Source of the DNA: Blasia pusilla
Taxonomy: Eukaryota
DNA length: 64,000 nucleotides
Reading direction: 5' to 3'
Assembly (NCBI GenBank): GCA_050084515.1
Contig: CM114271.1
Coordinates: forward strand, 4,960,001-5,024,000
Of this stretch, positions 49,500 to 64,000 are shown piece by piece. Numbering within the stretch: position 1 is the stretch's first letter; each line of letters starts with the position of its first letter. A program made the position numbers and the translations under genes. The notes beneath the pieces were generated by a model. The model was given only the letters and a program-made list of their open reading frames with translations, was not told the origin of the DNA and made no database searches.

Positions 49500-51700
49500 C
49501 TACCTGCAATTATATGTTGTTTGCAAATCTCCCTAGCCACAAGATTATTGTAAACTAGCTTGCAATTGTGAGTCGCAATACGATTGCTAAAAGTGGCCCA
49601 TATATCAGTCATAATCAATTCGCAAACAAAAAAAAAACCAAAAATGATGGACGTACGCCCCCCTTCATTTCGCTCAGTTATGACTTCTCACCCCATGATT
49701 AAGCCTTCTCTCTACTAGAGTTCTTCCCTCTGGATTTGACAAAGCCCTTACTATTTTATTCTTTCTTTTCTTTTCTTTTCATTCCATGGATGAAGGGAGA
49801 GACCCCTTCTTAAGTGGTTTCAAGAACCTATCAAAGGAGGATATATATTTTTGGAGCAATAGTTAAGATGGGCGTTACTCAGACTGAGACTTCAAGGAGT
49901 GACATTGATAGGATGTTGGATAGATAGTGGCACGTGCTATCCACAAATGGATGTTTGGACACTCATCCAAATGAATGCCATTTCCACTATCTTTCTAGTG
50001 TTCCCATGATAGATGTTTATGTAAGCGGAGATAAAGTGGCAAGGATGGATGGCGGTGAGAGAGTAATTGGTACTTATGTTCTTGTTGAGGCGATCACAAC
50101 ACGTTTTGTGGAGTAGTTGTATGTGAGACGTGGGGACGTGAGGACTCTCATGTTGAAGAGTTAAGGGACCCCATCTACAGATGAGGCAAAGAAGTTGCTT
50201 CACCTTGTTTGTAAACAAATGTGTGAGAAACATATATCTATGGTAAACCTTTGGAGTGAAATGACCCAACCATGCATATCGTCAAAAGATCCACAACTTC
50301 ATTACATCCAAGTTTCGGAATGGCGCTCACATCTCTATGTAAATGATGGGCTAAATGATGAATAAGTTAATCTCAAATTGCTGACACATAGTGATGTAGG
50401 GAGGAGGGCATTGAGATTGGATCTTGAGAGAGTAGAGACGAGGGAGACATGGGTGTTGGAGATGCAAGCACCAAAAAATTGTGATATTGCTTTGTGGAAT
50501 GTAATTTTGCAGCGTGAGTCAACCCTTGTCAAAGATCCGCACAATTCAAGGGTTGATAAGAAGTAGATGGTGGATGTGCAACATTCATCTCTCAAGTGTT
50601 ATCAAGTCTAATGGGACATATTCTTTTGGCTTGGACAGAGGAGATGCATTTTTCTATGCATTGTAATTAAGTATTCCTTACATGCTAACATTCTTATAAT
50701 GTATGAGTAAGTGAAATTTAAGAATGTTTAACCAAACGTGTGGGTGTATTGTGGAGTTAATAAAGTATGGCGAGAACCCCATTGAGGTTATGGAGGATGT
50801 GCAAGGTGGTTGGAGGATGCAATAGAACGTCTTCACGAATTAGGATCTCATCGCATCCTTGGTAAGTTCCTAACATATAGAGTGTTTGTTTTCATATTAT
50901 TTCAGAATACCAATGTAAGATAGACTTATTTAGTGGAATTATATGCAATAAAAAATTCCTCATGTTGATGGGAAAAGCCCTCATGTAGACCTTAGGTTGG
51001 ATCCAATTTTGGAATCCAACCCTTTTGGATGATGATGCCCCCTACAAAGAGAAGGAGGAGGAGGAGCGGATGGGAGATGACAATATGCTTGAGAGGCACC
51101 TCATGGAGCAATTGGCTACCCTCAAATCGAGTAGGTCCTCTCGGGCAACGTGCCCAACCGGGCTTTAGGGTATGTTTGTAATAGAGACCAAAGAAATAGC
51201 TATTGTATTTAGTGGGGATCCTACCTACTCATGGGTAGTCGCGATTCTTGTTGCATATTATTTTATACTTCGGAAATATTTTTTTATATAAATGGAAATT
51301 TTCAAATTTTGCAAATTTTCAGAATTGGATATGAAATGTGACTTATATTTGATAAAGTCAATAATAATATTAAAAAATTTTACTTAAAAAAAATCATGGC
51401 GTCTATGCAATTGCTATGTGAGTGATAGACGTATATCAATCACAAATTTATGACTGTATTAAGAGTACTTGATTGGTTTCATATGACTTACTCGCAATTG
51501 TCATGCTTCTTGTTATGAGTGTTGTGCGACTATGGTGAATCGACATATACAAAGTGATATCCCTCCTTGAGCAATTTTGGGACTAAAATTCTTAGGTACT
51601 TGCGACTTGTGAATATAATAGAAAAAAACTTTAGAGCCGTGATGTACTCGCAAAGTATGGCTCAGTATTGCAAGAGTGCAAGTGTTTTGCGACTATAGTA
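49500..51700 (+). mobile_element. Degenerate CACTA-like element
   Basis: GTCGCAA/TTGCGAC motifs cluster at both ends. Shares sequence with about 45000-45790, and its 51010-51100 segment (GATGATGATGCC.CCTACAA.GAG.AGGAGGAGGAGGAG) recurs at 59213-59300. Confidence 0.4.
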
Positions 51701-54700
51701 AGAATGTAGAGCTAATGTTGTGTGGGAGAGGAGGCACTTTTTATGAAGATTGTAGACACAAGCGTCAGTCTAGGTTGGAGTAAAACAAAAGAAGATTGGT
51801 GAGCACATCTTCTTGCAGATAGGGATCGAGTATGATGTGTATCTCGTAGGATGGGGCCAATTATACCATGTGGGAATCATTGAAGAGACTTGAGGGAGAT
51901 TTAGACTAAGATTTTGGGATGATGTTGAAGAGAGTTCAATGTAATTTAGAGTGAGAGTTGATAACCATTTGGTTAGTAGTTAGTGCCACAAGGACGATTT
52001 CTTGCCATCAAAGACATTGGCAAGAAGTCGTTCATTTACTTTCAAATTTGTAATTTGAAAGTAATTGGACTCAAAATCTTCCAACTCCATCTCATCTTCC
52101 AAAAAAAATCAGCCACTTTAAAAAAATAGTTGGTACTCGTGGATTTTGGGGAGTGCTCATACTTATGTACATTACGGAGCGATCAAATTGAGATCATCCT
52201 ATCTAATAGGATTCATCATCAAATATATCTAACACTTGTTTTGTAGCATCAACTTCACCATCATATGTGTCTAGTGATGCTTGTGTTGGAAACATCTCTC
52301 AATCTGTGTTGAATAATCTGATAAGTTCTTCATGCATTTGACAGGGGTAATGGTATGTTCGTGGATATACCCCCCCCCCTTGTCCATCCTTTTGGGATTA
52401 TCTCGTTGTAAGAAAGAAGACAAGATTAATTCAAGCTACTCAAGATAAGATCATCTACCAATAGATTTTGACGATCGTTTAGATAAAACAAACGAGTCGT
52501 GTTGAGGGCATCTTGGATTTCTTACATATTGAACCCTTGCCCAAAGAATAAGTTCTCCGCCTCTTGATTTTGGAGATCTATGGAAATTTCATGTATGAGC
52601 TCTCTTTGATCATACATGTCAATGAAGTGGATGAGCCGCGATCACATTCTTTGTTGTCGTGAGATTTCTACTTGAACCACCCTATCTATGTTCGCTTTCA
52701 AGGTTATAATTTGATAGGGGGTTACAAGGTCCCAAACTAGAAGGAAAATTCTCTTGCTCTTAAGATTGCTTGCGATACAAAGTATGTGCATTACTATCAA
52801 GTGCACGGAAAGATACGCCAAAAAGATGATATATTCTTCGTGACCAAGGTTGCGTACAAGTTGGACATTTGTGTGATAATAATATGGATTTTTGAAGAAA
52901 ATATGGATTCCAATAGCAAGCTTTACATGTGTTTTCACATAGCAAGCTTATGGGGTAATTAGGTTGAAGAAAATCATGGATTCTAGCCTATTATTTGGCG
53001 TGAGGATCCCTCCTTTTGCTATGGAAATTTCTTTTATCGAATCAGGCATATCTTGCTTTTTTTCTGCTTGGATTGAAAGGTGTTGGTGCCAATATCATAG
53101 AAGTATAGTTGGCAGCGTTTGGATCAATTGCATTCTACCATATTACGCGTAGAGCACACGACTATAATTTCTTGATAGGTTGAAATAAAATCATATTATC
53201 AACCTCTTTCACAAGACATTCCTTGTGTAGAGTTGTGTCACTTATGAGTTCTTCCACAATGCCCCTTACTCTCAATTACTATAATACATTAATTTCTTGT
53301 TGTTGTCTCGCCATGATGGATTCATATGCCCTCCTTCAGTTCTCCGTATTGTCTACCATTACTGTTATTTTTCTTCTATGTAGCTCATCTCTAGCAATTG
53401 ATTCATTTAGGATTCTCTCCATCTCTCTCTTAAGTCTCTAACACTCCTCGGACAACTATTGATCCTTCCCCTTCAAAATGTTGAATTAGGCTTCCAAATG
53501 TTTTCAAGAATTCTTTATTAAACTTTCCAAATTTGATAGATGATAAATAACCTCACTATTAATCGAAGCATTCTCCCCACAAAAGGTTTTGGGAAAAACA
53601 CTACAATATACAAGGCGATCAAAACTATCTTTAGGCCCATCAAAACTCATATTCCAACCTACATTCTAGTCATTGAAAACACCTCTTATGTCCTCATAGG
53701 TTTGCTACCCTATGGACTCGACCTTCATTTTCATATGAGTAATATATCTCCTCTTTGCTTGGCCGATGTGCTATGTTTCCATTTAAAGAAGATAGTAGGC
53801 CTCAAAGGCTATTGGACAATGCACCATACTGGGTTGGCTTAATGAGGCTGGTTGTGGTAGAACCGCTTGGTCAAATCATTCCTCTCCTTTGTCTGGCGGA
53901 GAAGATGATGGCCAATAGTGATGTGGTGGATATGGGCCCATACTTCCAAAGTTTGGCGAAGTATAAAGACTCAGTTGTTTTAAGAACATCGGTGGGGATA
54001 TTTCACTTCATTTGAGCTTCACAAATACCTTACTTATTAACTTCCTCTTCTTTATTGGGAGGTCTTCATAACTTACAAGACAATTGGAAAATGCCTAATC
54101 CTTCCTCCAATCATCTTCTCCCCCTTTCCTTGCAGAATCACCAATCGCACGATTCAGCCACTTGAGGCGTAACTTCTTGAACTCTGCCTTAAGATTAAGA
54201 ATATTTGGGTTGACAACATTGTCTTAATTCGCCTTTAATGCATCGTTAATGATGAATATGAAGATCATCTTCTGGTTCACCTTCGCTGAAATTGGTCGGC
54301 TCGGTGTATCGTGGGATTTTCCCCCTCTTGTGTCATCCTCGTTGTTACAAGGACTCTAGTCTTCATGAGGCAACAAATCCATCCTCAACTTATTTTTTAG
54401 AAAAATCCAAAAGGAAAATTTCGTTAAAAATATTTCTATAATAGTGATACGATGACACATCATATATCCATAATCATTTATAATTATTTTGAGTCACACA
54501 TTCATATTTTTCACTCATGTCTTATCTTCCTTGTGAAAAAATATTCAATCCTCAAATGGATTTATAGTTACAATATTGTGGCAAAAAAAATCGCATCACC
54601 ATACACTCAATGAGTATATCTGCATGATCTTAATCCTAAATCTACACATCATATTTTTTAATTTGCTCTTATATATAGAAATATATTATAGGCTTTTGCG

Positions 54701-55799
54701 ATGAGAGGAATTCAGAGCTAATCCCCACTCAATATCCTATAAGACATTTCTCCAACCTCCAACCCTAATATATGGTTGAGAGTTGGATCCAAAATTAGTA
54801 AAAATGTTCATAACTTGAAGGTCACTTTGAAGAACTCCACGCTTGTGGACAGTCTCTATGGTAATAAGTAGAACAATCCCAACCTGGATGAAATTCAATG
54901 CCACCATTTAACATTTGATCTTTTGCAACTCTCCTAAACTTGCTCCTCTGTTCTTCAAGGTATGACATGCTTGCATCCAATTTTCAAGATGCTCACCATT
55001 CTAGTATGGATAGATGGCATAAGATGGATCCTTGACCAACCTTCCTACCATGGGAACTATTTCCCGATGTGAAATCAAAGCAAACATCTCCTCTCGCATT
55101 ATTGAATCTTTTGAATACAACCGAGATGCTTCCTTTAACACCTTCATGCAATAGTAGATATCTTCATTAACGATTTAAATTTGGTTAATTTTACAAAGAT
55201 ACACAATTTTGTGTAAACGTGAGCTCAAAGCTAGTATTCTCAAGATCATTTGCTACCATCATATCCTTGCTAAAAATCCACATAATTCCGCATGGAACTA
55301 CCGATCGATGTCTTTCCCACAAAAATATTATTTCCCTTAAAAAAGATATCAAAATTTTTGTAACTCGAAAAAAAATACTTATAGTGTAGTTGTCTCTACA
55401 ACGATGGGCTTCTCCTTCTTGTATGTCTTGAGATCGATATACACTCTCCCCACGTTAACACCTTGTTGGAAATAAAATGTTGTTAATGTCTAGGTCCATG
55501 CCTTTGAAACTCTCTTCTAATATTTTTGCAATTCCAAGGTAAAGCCATGGAATCCATCCATATCCCTCAAAATGTAGGATTGTATATTCCCTAATGGCAG
55601 TTGAAAAAACTACTCTAGTTATGCCTCTCTTATAGCTATGTTAAAGTCATTCTTGGAATTGACTCTTTGCCTCTTGGCACTATCACTCAACTCCACTTGA
55701 TTATCTCCTACCCCTGAAGTCTCAACCCCACTAAATATGTCACTCGGAGGAGGACGATAGGAAGATTGTTTACACAACTAACAAAAGAAAAATGGGTAT

Positions 55800-56714
55800 G
55801 TCCACCAGAAGAAATCATGAATTATATGACTAGATTGAGTCATATATTATGGTAAATGACTAAGTATGACTCATTACCATTGGAGTCATATAAACCAAGT
55901 CATTTAGATGTAATGACACTAAGATTATTGGTAGAGTATATGACTTCAGTCATGAGATAATGAATTATTTATATATGACTGATGAGTCAGTACATATATT
56001 GACACGTTGGCATCTTGAGTGGCAATATGACTTCCATGTAGGACACTCCTAGTTTGACACGTGTAATGGCTAAGTCATAAAGGCCCATACCATGATGACT
56101 TGGATGTAGATAAATAAATGATTGACCTACAAGTATCTCTATACATATTTGACATGTGGATTAATTGCCTCATTTCTATATTCCATGTCACATGATGACG
56201 AGGATTTTCAGGGACAAACCACAAATGGCCACGTGGAGTTTTTCAAATTACTATGTGACACATGGAGGAAATTACTGAGTCATATATGTAGATGAGGAAT
56301 TCCTTTAAATATGTACTTTTCTAACACATGTCCCTTGTTTTTTAATTGGTAAGTTGTAAAGTCATGCGTATAATTCTTGTTAGTCATATGTATAACTATG
56401 ATAGTCATATGTATAACTTTGTAAATCATATGCATGACTCTGGTAGTTACATGTATAACTTTGTTAGTCATATGCATGACTGTGATAGTCATATGTATAA
56501 CTTTGTGAGTCATTTCCATGACTCTGATAGGTATGGACATGAATATGACTAGAGTAATTTAATATGACTTTTTCAGTCACACGTTTATATATATCGTGGT
56601 GGGGAGTCGTATCTGTGGTTATAAAATTTTTAATTGACAACTACATGTGTGAGATGTTTGACTCTCATAGTCATGAGAATAACTCAGATGGTACTACATA
56701 TGACTTGAATAGTG
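55800..56714. mobile_element. CACTA-like subterminal repeat region and right end
   Basis: Dense ATGACT/AGTCAT motifs in both orientations, ending ATGACTTGAATAGTG; TAGTG at 56710-56714 is the reverse complement of CACTA. Confidence 0.5.
56361..56551. repeat. 21-bp tandem repeat, about 9 units, partly alternating as a 42-bp dimer
   Basis: Units GTCATATGTATAACTTTGTNA and GTCATATGCATGACTSTGATA at 21-bp spacing (56383, 56404, 56425, 56446, 56467, 56488, 56509). Confidence 0.9.
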
Positions 56715-58628
56715 GTTTGAATGATTGAAAGTGTTATTTATATTTTATTTCTAAAAAATTACATTAGTCAATTTATGCTCTCCGTCCAAATCTTGGGGAA
56801 TCAATTTTTGGAGATGGCTACTCTGATCAACCTTCGAGAACAATTCATAAACCATAGAAATGTCTTTCCACAGAAAAAAAAGATAAAATTCATAACAATT
56901 TCCTCCTCATCAAACATGAGTTTTAGAACACTCCATAAATCTGAAGTTTGGAAAACATGGAACAAAATGAAATGAAAAAAATTAATTGAATGTAAAACAC
57001 ACACTAATGAACTACTTTCTTTAAGTTAGACTCTAACCAAATAATGATAGATCTAACTGTAGCTCCAAGTGTCTATTGGGGAGGGCTATTATTTGTATTC
57101 GACTCCAATAATTATTAATCGTGGTGGATGGTATCCCTAAGGTCTACTCTTACCATGCCAGGAGCAATTATAACCTCTTTCATATGGAACTTGCCTTGAC
57201 CACTCAGATCTGAAACTACTCTTGATCCCAAGACATTCTGACTAAGCTTTGGCTACATAAGGTGAACTTTATCTCCCAAATTTAGCTACAAACCTGCCAA
57301 TTCACATAAAAAATTTAGATGGATATGAACACTCTTTCACAAGAATGCAGAATTTGAAACACTCATTCATTGCCTTTGTGAAGGTCCATCCACAAACTGG
57401 AAAATTCCGCAAAAATTTGACCATTCCCACCAGGTTGGGTATTAGAATTAAGTTAGTATCCTTGCATTATGATATTATCCTAATCATAACATCAGGGAGT
57501 TGTATAGAATAAGAAAGAAGAGGGAGGTGGGACCCATATGGACAAGTCCTTCCATATGACAAATGTAAGTCCACGACATGGGCTTTGTCAACATGCAACC
57601 TTGCTTATTTGAAATAAACATTTTTAGGAAGATTTCATAGAAACTACTTCGAAGTCCATAATATATATATGTTTTTTGGAAAGTATGGTTTTCCAAGCAA
57701 GTCATTTGAACATAACATGGTCATTCCTTATCTTGGACATGAGGATTTTAGGTAAATTCTCCTATATTCCCTCTCATAGTCACTCCCTTATTAGATTTAA
57801 AAGTTGATAGGGAGATTTTATAGAAATTACATCAAAGTCCATAATGGTTTTGGGATATGCTAATATCTTATACACCAGCATGGTGGTTGCATATAATGGC
57901 GATAAAATCTCTATGATGTCACTCCATAGATCTCTACGACATGGTGGACATAAAAATTGTCCTTTAAGTTGTTATTTGTAAACTTGGGTCTTTTTCAATG
58001 CTCCAATCATTTTTCTTACTCTTTACAATAATCTTCCTTTCATCACGATAAATGTGCTACCCATCTTGCATAACACCTAGGATCTATTACCGTATTATCC
58101 ATCTCCATATCAATCCTATATGTCATATACATAGATTTTCCCAAACAAAAAATCTTACTTGGATAAGCGTCTTCCCCTTTATATATGAAATCCAAGTTTC
58201 TCTTGATTGATATAGAACTTAATGGGCATTAGAAAGCTTTGAGTTGCAATCCTCTTTCCCTTGAGCATACAATGTACAAAGTGTATGTCTTTGACGCCTA
58301 TCGGTCCATGTCCATGTTCAATGAGTCGGCGCCCACGATAGCCTGTCCAAAGTAGTAGTGGTAGTAGTAACATGAGGAATTTTCAACGACACATAATCCC
58401 ACTAAGTTGCATAAGTACTCGGATATAATATGTTGAACATAGAAACACTATATAAGTTAGGAATTTACCAAGGATGCTATGAAATCCTAATCGGTAAAGA
58501 CGTGCTCTCGTATCCTCTAGGCCTACTGCAAACCCTCCATAAACTTTGAGATTGAAAACTTTCCCAAATTCATAAATTGCACTAAACACCACACATGTCG
58601 AATAGTCTCAAATGTCTACCATATGCAT

Positions 58629-59098
58629 TGTCACATCTTATTTCGACGTAGATAGAGTTTTATTGCGTCGACGGCATAGAGAGTCTGCGGGATGTTTGGG
58701 TGTAACTTCGTCACGAGATGTTTGATGAGGTTGGTGACAGGTCCGTTGTGTCGAGAACGTTGTGTATGGCGATTTCTATATCTTGGGTTTAGTCCGGTAG
58801 GTGATTCGTTGACCGAGTCAACGATCACTCGGTAACCTGCGCACGCAAGTTATCGTTGGTAGGGCTATTTTTTGGGGAAGAGCTTTTTGGCTCTTCCCCG
58901 GGGTATAAGAGTGAGAGAGATGGCTTTCTCAAGCTATCTTTCTATGTCGAGCCTTAGGAGCGCCTCTCTTGCATAGACGTGTGTGGGTGTGTAGGAGTTA
59001 GGGTGCTAGCGTCCGGATTCTCTCATAGTAGAGGGTGGATCTGGTTCGATAAGCCAATGTAGATTCATGAGTGGAGTTTTAGTCCGGGTGAGCCGTTT
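58629..59098 (+). repeat. Truncated second copy of the LTR-like repeat
   Basis: Same TGTCACATCTTA start and colinear similarity to 3394-3858 (for example GAGAGATGGCTTTCTCAAGC, TAGGGTGCTAGCGTCC, GAGTGGAGTTTTAG.CCGGGTG). Confidence 0.65.
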
Positions 59099-59329
59099 AA
59101 TGGGCAAAAGCCATTATGGCTTCAAAATGGATGGAGGGAGAGAGGGTCATTAAGGCCAGGAGTTCATGTCAGAAAGAACGTCATCCAATAAAACTTGGGT
59201 ATGATTTGATTGTGGAATCCGACCCTTGAGATGATGATGCCTCCTACAACGAGGAGGAGGAGGAGGAGTGGAGGTGTGATGAAATATGTTTGAGAGCCAC
59301 AATGCACGTGAGTGAAGGACTAATCATAT

Positions 59330-59450
59330 TACACATAATTTTTTTTCTTGTTGTTTGGAGAAGGGGAAATATTTTCTTGTTGCTTGGTTGCCACATGTCA
59401 ATCAAAGAGATGTTTGCAAATCAAGAAGGCACTCTCCAATAAGAATATAG
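59330..59450 (-). mobile_element. Mini-Helitron 5' fragment
   Basis: TTGCCACATGTCAA...TGTTTGCAAATCAAGAAGGCACTCTCCAATAAGAATATAG is the reverse complement of the 11819/17463 family 5' half. Confidence 0.6.
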
Positions 59451-61899
59451 GTTATGGAGACACATTATACATAACATCATCAGCCTAAGTACAATATATA
59501 ATGTAGCTTTGTTGCTACATTATACATTCTAACAAGATTATATTGGTGTATTGAGCTTGCGTTCTCTTGTGTTAAGAGTGGGATAGGCTTGATATAGAGA
59601 TTGCATTTATCTTTGATTGCATTGATTCATATTCCTTTGTTTGTAGCACTATTTATGGATTGAATGTATCGAAGACACATTGGGAGCGAGTGTTATGCTA
59701 GAACATTGGAATCAAGGAGTTTCTTGCTAAAAGATCATTTAATGTATTCGATTGATTTTATTGAGGTTATACAAAGTTTCTAGGATTCATATGATAGATG
59801 GATTGTAGATACATTGTGATGAAAACCAATGTATTTGTTTAGTAATGTATATTTTCACGACATAAGAAAATGATCAACTCCATAGCAGCGCTTTCATTAG
59901 GTCCTCCTAAAATTGGTAAATATCTTGTACTTACTCTCTTGAACATTATCTTGTATGTTGCAAAAGATAGCATTCCGCAAGTCATGCTCTTGTTACTTAT
60001 TTTCACCCAAAACTCTTATGATATAATAATAGCCACTTTTTGGATCAACCTACTCTACATCTCCCAATTATGGATCTTCAATCATCCTTCAAGCTCAAAA
60101 CTTCTAAAAGGGGACATATACCCACCTAACCCCTAGCCCCCAACATAGACAAGCCATTCAAGACTTGGGATAGAATTCTTCTAGGAACCTAAAACAACCA
60201 TTCCACGCTTGGTGCTGCTAATTTCAAAATGGACCTCAAACGAGTCTCTAACTATAACTCAATATCTAAGCTCCAGGTCAAGGTTGAAGGTTAGGGTCCA
60301 AATGTGGACTATTTGGACCTAACTTTGTATCAACATCCCAATGCCAACTAGCCTCTCAATCCATCTTAAGCCCTTGGTTTAACCCATATATTTCCTTTGG
60401 AATCCCTTGTATATCACCCTTTCTCCCCTATATATATAGTTCTAGAGTCTAAATGTTGGATCATCCTCTTTCAGTTCATGATGGTTATCACTTCATATAA
60501 CCATTAAGGCTTGTTTCTTGCTTTTGCAACTTATGTCTCACTTTTGAAACTCCCACGAGTTTTCATACCAGTGTGAACCTACTACTAGCTACTAGAGTGA
60601 TGATGTTCCACATGGGGCATGTTTGATTTAAGAAGCCTTGATGTCATTTTGTAATTTGTCTAATTCATTTAGCACACAAAACTTGATTGGACATATTTTA
60701 TGGTATCTTTGTCTTAAGATGGCCAACATGCATACTTCTTAAGAGTCTCTATGTTTAAAGATTGACAATTGAGCTGGATGATCTACCAAAGGTGCATCAT
60801 GATGAACCCTAAGGACCTTAGTCCTTAAAGCTCTTTGAAACATATAACATCATGTGCGTCCATCTCAAGACATCATCCACAACCGTCATTTGTCCAACAC
60901 TTGTTCCCTTCCTCATAGCCTCTAGAAACTCTAGCCTAGATTATTTCATCATCTTGATAGGCCTCCTTGTCCAAGGTTGCATGGAAACCAACTTCTCTGT
61001 CTTTGTAAAATTCCTTACATGCCAAACTAGTCCCCTGCTCAGATTTTTTGGTCCTCAGGTCACCATAGTGGACTTGGGATGTAGGAACATGTGTGAGCTT
61101 GGATTGAGGGTGCGGGTCAAGAACCGAATGGATATGCGGGTCTAGTGCAGCCTTGCAGGCTCAACACAAGCCTGACGGGCTCGGTGCGGCTATGGGGGCT
61201 GGATGTGGGTTAGAAAATGGATGGCAAGAACCTACGTCATGTCGCTAGGCTAGGGTGCAGGTTGGCCAAGCTCGGGTCTACGTTGCGGGTGTTAGGAACC
61301 TGGGCTCGCATGGACATGTCTATCCTAGGGACATAAGTCTATGGAAATCGACTTTGATAGTTTGCAACCTTATCCTTCTCACCTTGACCTAACCAATAAT
61401 AAGATTCCAACACTTTAGTTCCTATTAGGTTTTTTTCCCGCCTACTCAAGGTGTCCCCTACTACCTTCTCCTTTCTTGTTTATACACTATCTCCACTTGT
61501 ACAATATCTTACAATATACTCTTGCCAATGAAGCTTCTTCAATTATAGTATGTCTTGACTTGAAAAATACTTGCAAGTAATGTTTTCAATAAAAATCTTG
61601 AAGTACGGACCATGCAACAAGTACTCTTCTCACTTCTTAAGGAGATGAACCACCACACATATCTCTCATTAGTTGGCCTATTTTTCTCCAATTTTCCGAC
61701 TCATAAGACATTGATCAACCCTCTTGGTTCAAGAGTTCCCCAATTGCCAAGTTTAAAGCATTTTTCCAACTTTGAATAGGAATTTGAATTCAAAAAACTT
61801 GAGTAGTTAAGAAAAAGGATTACTAATCTAAATTTTCAATTGATCAAATGCCTCTTGACACTCTTCCGACCATGAAATTTTCATTTCCTTACGAGTAAA

Positions 61900-62920
61900 A
61901 TCAAACAACAATCATGGATATTTGGCAAAACCCTAGATGTATCTTCTAAAGAAAGTCACAAATCCAAAAAGTGACCTAGTCTTGATGTATTTCCTTTTCA
62001 TGATGGCCAAAACTTGATAGCCTCAAGCGTATCGATCATGATTGGATCTCAACCCTTCAAGTATCAACATGTGTCTTAAGAATTCCACTTGAGGACCCCT
62101 TGGACTATAAACTCACACTTGGAAGGCTTGGCAAACAACTTAACTTCCTCAACACCTCAAGATTCCTTTGAAAACACATTGCCTTCCACCTTGAGCTATA
62201 AGTACATGCCCCATCTCTTGCAATCCATGTCCGTATATATGTCGGTACTTGTCCGTCCTAGGGATGGACTTGTTCATTTTTTTGAAACCATGTAGGGATA
62301 TCATCAAAGAAAACCACGACTCTTGTATCTAAAATATCTTGAAAGATAGTATTCATGAGAGTAATAATATAATTGGTTTGCATATGTTGGTCAATCTGAA
62401 TGGAATCACCAAGGAGTAGGTAGTAGGAACTCATAAGAACCGTACCTTATCCTGATCAAGGTCTTGTGTTTGTCTCCTTCTTATTCAAATTTGGTATTAC
62501 CCTTGCCTTAGGTTCTAGCATTCCACATAATACATCATCTTCCAACCATAATGGATCTTTGTTATTCATGGTCTTCTTGTGATGTATGATGGTTTTCTTC
62601 TAGATTGTGTGATATAATACACTAGAACATATATAATATCCTAGAATACACACACAATCATATTGACCCATCTTTCTTAGAGATGAAAAGGAAAAGAGCT
62701 CAAAATACCAACTCACTTGGGCCAATGAACCCACTTTCATCCAATACCTTGAGTTCCCTTTCTTGAAGAGTCATATTCCAAGGGTTCCTAGCCTCATGAT
62801 TGGAGCCGTCCCAAGTTCAAGTTCTATTTTGTGATCAACTTCTCACCTAGGTACTAATCCTTTCAAAAGTTCCATGACTAAGACATCCCCAAAACTTTTC
62901 AATATTTTACTCATTGATAT
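61900..62920 (-). pseudogene. Ty3/gypsy pol remnant
   Basis: KSFGDVLVMELLKGLVPR*EVDHKIELELGTAPI (pre-RT region), HKTLIRIRYGSYEFL (KTAFRTRYGSYEF motif) and VEFLRH. Frameshifted and stopped. Confidence 0.75.
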
Positions 62921-64000
62921 TCATATCCTAGACTTAGGCTTTTTTTTCTAGTTCTTTAAGTGATTCTTATTTTACCTTGGATTCCAGTATTTTAAACAAT
63001 ACACCTGAACATTGAAAACATCACTTGAGATCCCTCTCAAACTTCTTGGAGAAAATCAACTCTACAACAAGCTGTACATAATGAATCCTTAAAATTTGAG
63101 GGTGCAAATTTGTGTGTTAGATTTCAATAACCCTCATTGCATAACTATTGCTAAGAAGAACTTATAATATTCTTTTGGAAAATCGAATCACTTCAACATG
63201 CCTATTGTAGTTACACAAAATGGACAAGTCCATCCCTAGGATGGATATGGATGGACAAGTTAGAAAAAAATTCCATGGACATGAATTGCAAGAGGTGGGA
63301 GTCACGCTTATAGCTTATGATGGAAGGCAAGGCAAGGGCGAGTTGGGCAATGAGGGGGGAAGGAATGGAGGTGGAGGGAGGAAGAAACGAGAGAGTATGG
63401 AATACGAAGGAAAGTGGGGGGAATGAATTTTTGCCTACTTACAAGCATAAACAAGCATAAAGTCACAAAATCATATCTATGCCGCCTAATGTACATACTA
63501 GATAATTTCCCTAGCACCAAACTTCATGTCAAATCTTGAAATATCCATCTTGATGTTGAGCACTTGGTTCGAGGTCATTTTGACTTATTTATGAGTGTCT
63601 ATTTATATATGTCACAACTTAGGGTTACTCCATGTCAACTATCGAGTCTCGACATTCTTCACCTAAAATTGCATATCATTTTTTTTCCAAACCAACACCA
63701 ACAAAAATTTCCTTGGTAGTAGTAATTGCAATAGAAAACCCCTATTTTGCAAATGGAGCACTTAAGAAATGATGAGTGGAATTAATGGATTGGTGGTAGG
63801 AGGACACACCAATTTCCTCTTTTTAATTGCAATAGTAGAAATCAAGGTTTGATAGTTCTCCTTCGGTCATCTTATTTTTTATTGGAAAATGAAATTTAAA
63901 CATCTTGCAAAGTTATTATTTTTTTCAAGATTTCCTTTGAATTTCCAGATTCCTTTTCATAAGAGGTGAGGAAACGTACTAAAAATGGAATGGAAGAACT

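Noticed and set aside
56280..56552. His/Met-rich repeat ORFs on both strands, or a CRISPR-like array
   Set aside because: Translation of a 21-bp tandem repeat with no unique spacers; eukaryotic context and no cas genes.
52100..58600. Short ORFs and faint transposase- or gag-like traces
   Set aside because: Too degenerate to assign a family by eye; treated as TE debris.

Overview
Eukaryotic land-plant nuclear DNA, probably from a seed-free lineage such as a bryophyte (inference from gene style and TE types). Two intact multi-exon genes could be fully reconstructed with GT-AG introns: a cycloeucalenol cycloisomerase (CPI1, minus strand, 8 coding exons, 330 aa) and a PH-RCC1-FYVE-BRX protein (PRAF/RLD family, plus strand, 9 exons, 1182 aa). 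They lie in CpG/CHG-retaining islands separated by AT-rich transposon debris: a nest of Helitrons (11.8-24.1 kb), a decayed two-ORF PIF/Harbinger element (36.5-39.6 kb), a CRE-like non-LTR 3' fragment, Ty3/gypsy pol remnants, LTR-like repeats and CACTA-like termini. I found no clear new protein-coding system. The most unusual unexplained signals are non-coding: GC-rich hairpins of shared architecture at island edges, gene-less CpG-rich islands (one with a TATA box and splice donor pointing toward the RLD 3' end), and a perfect 41-bp palindrome in otherwise decayed DNA. All family assignments come from motif recognition by eye, not from database searches.
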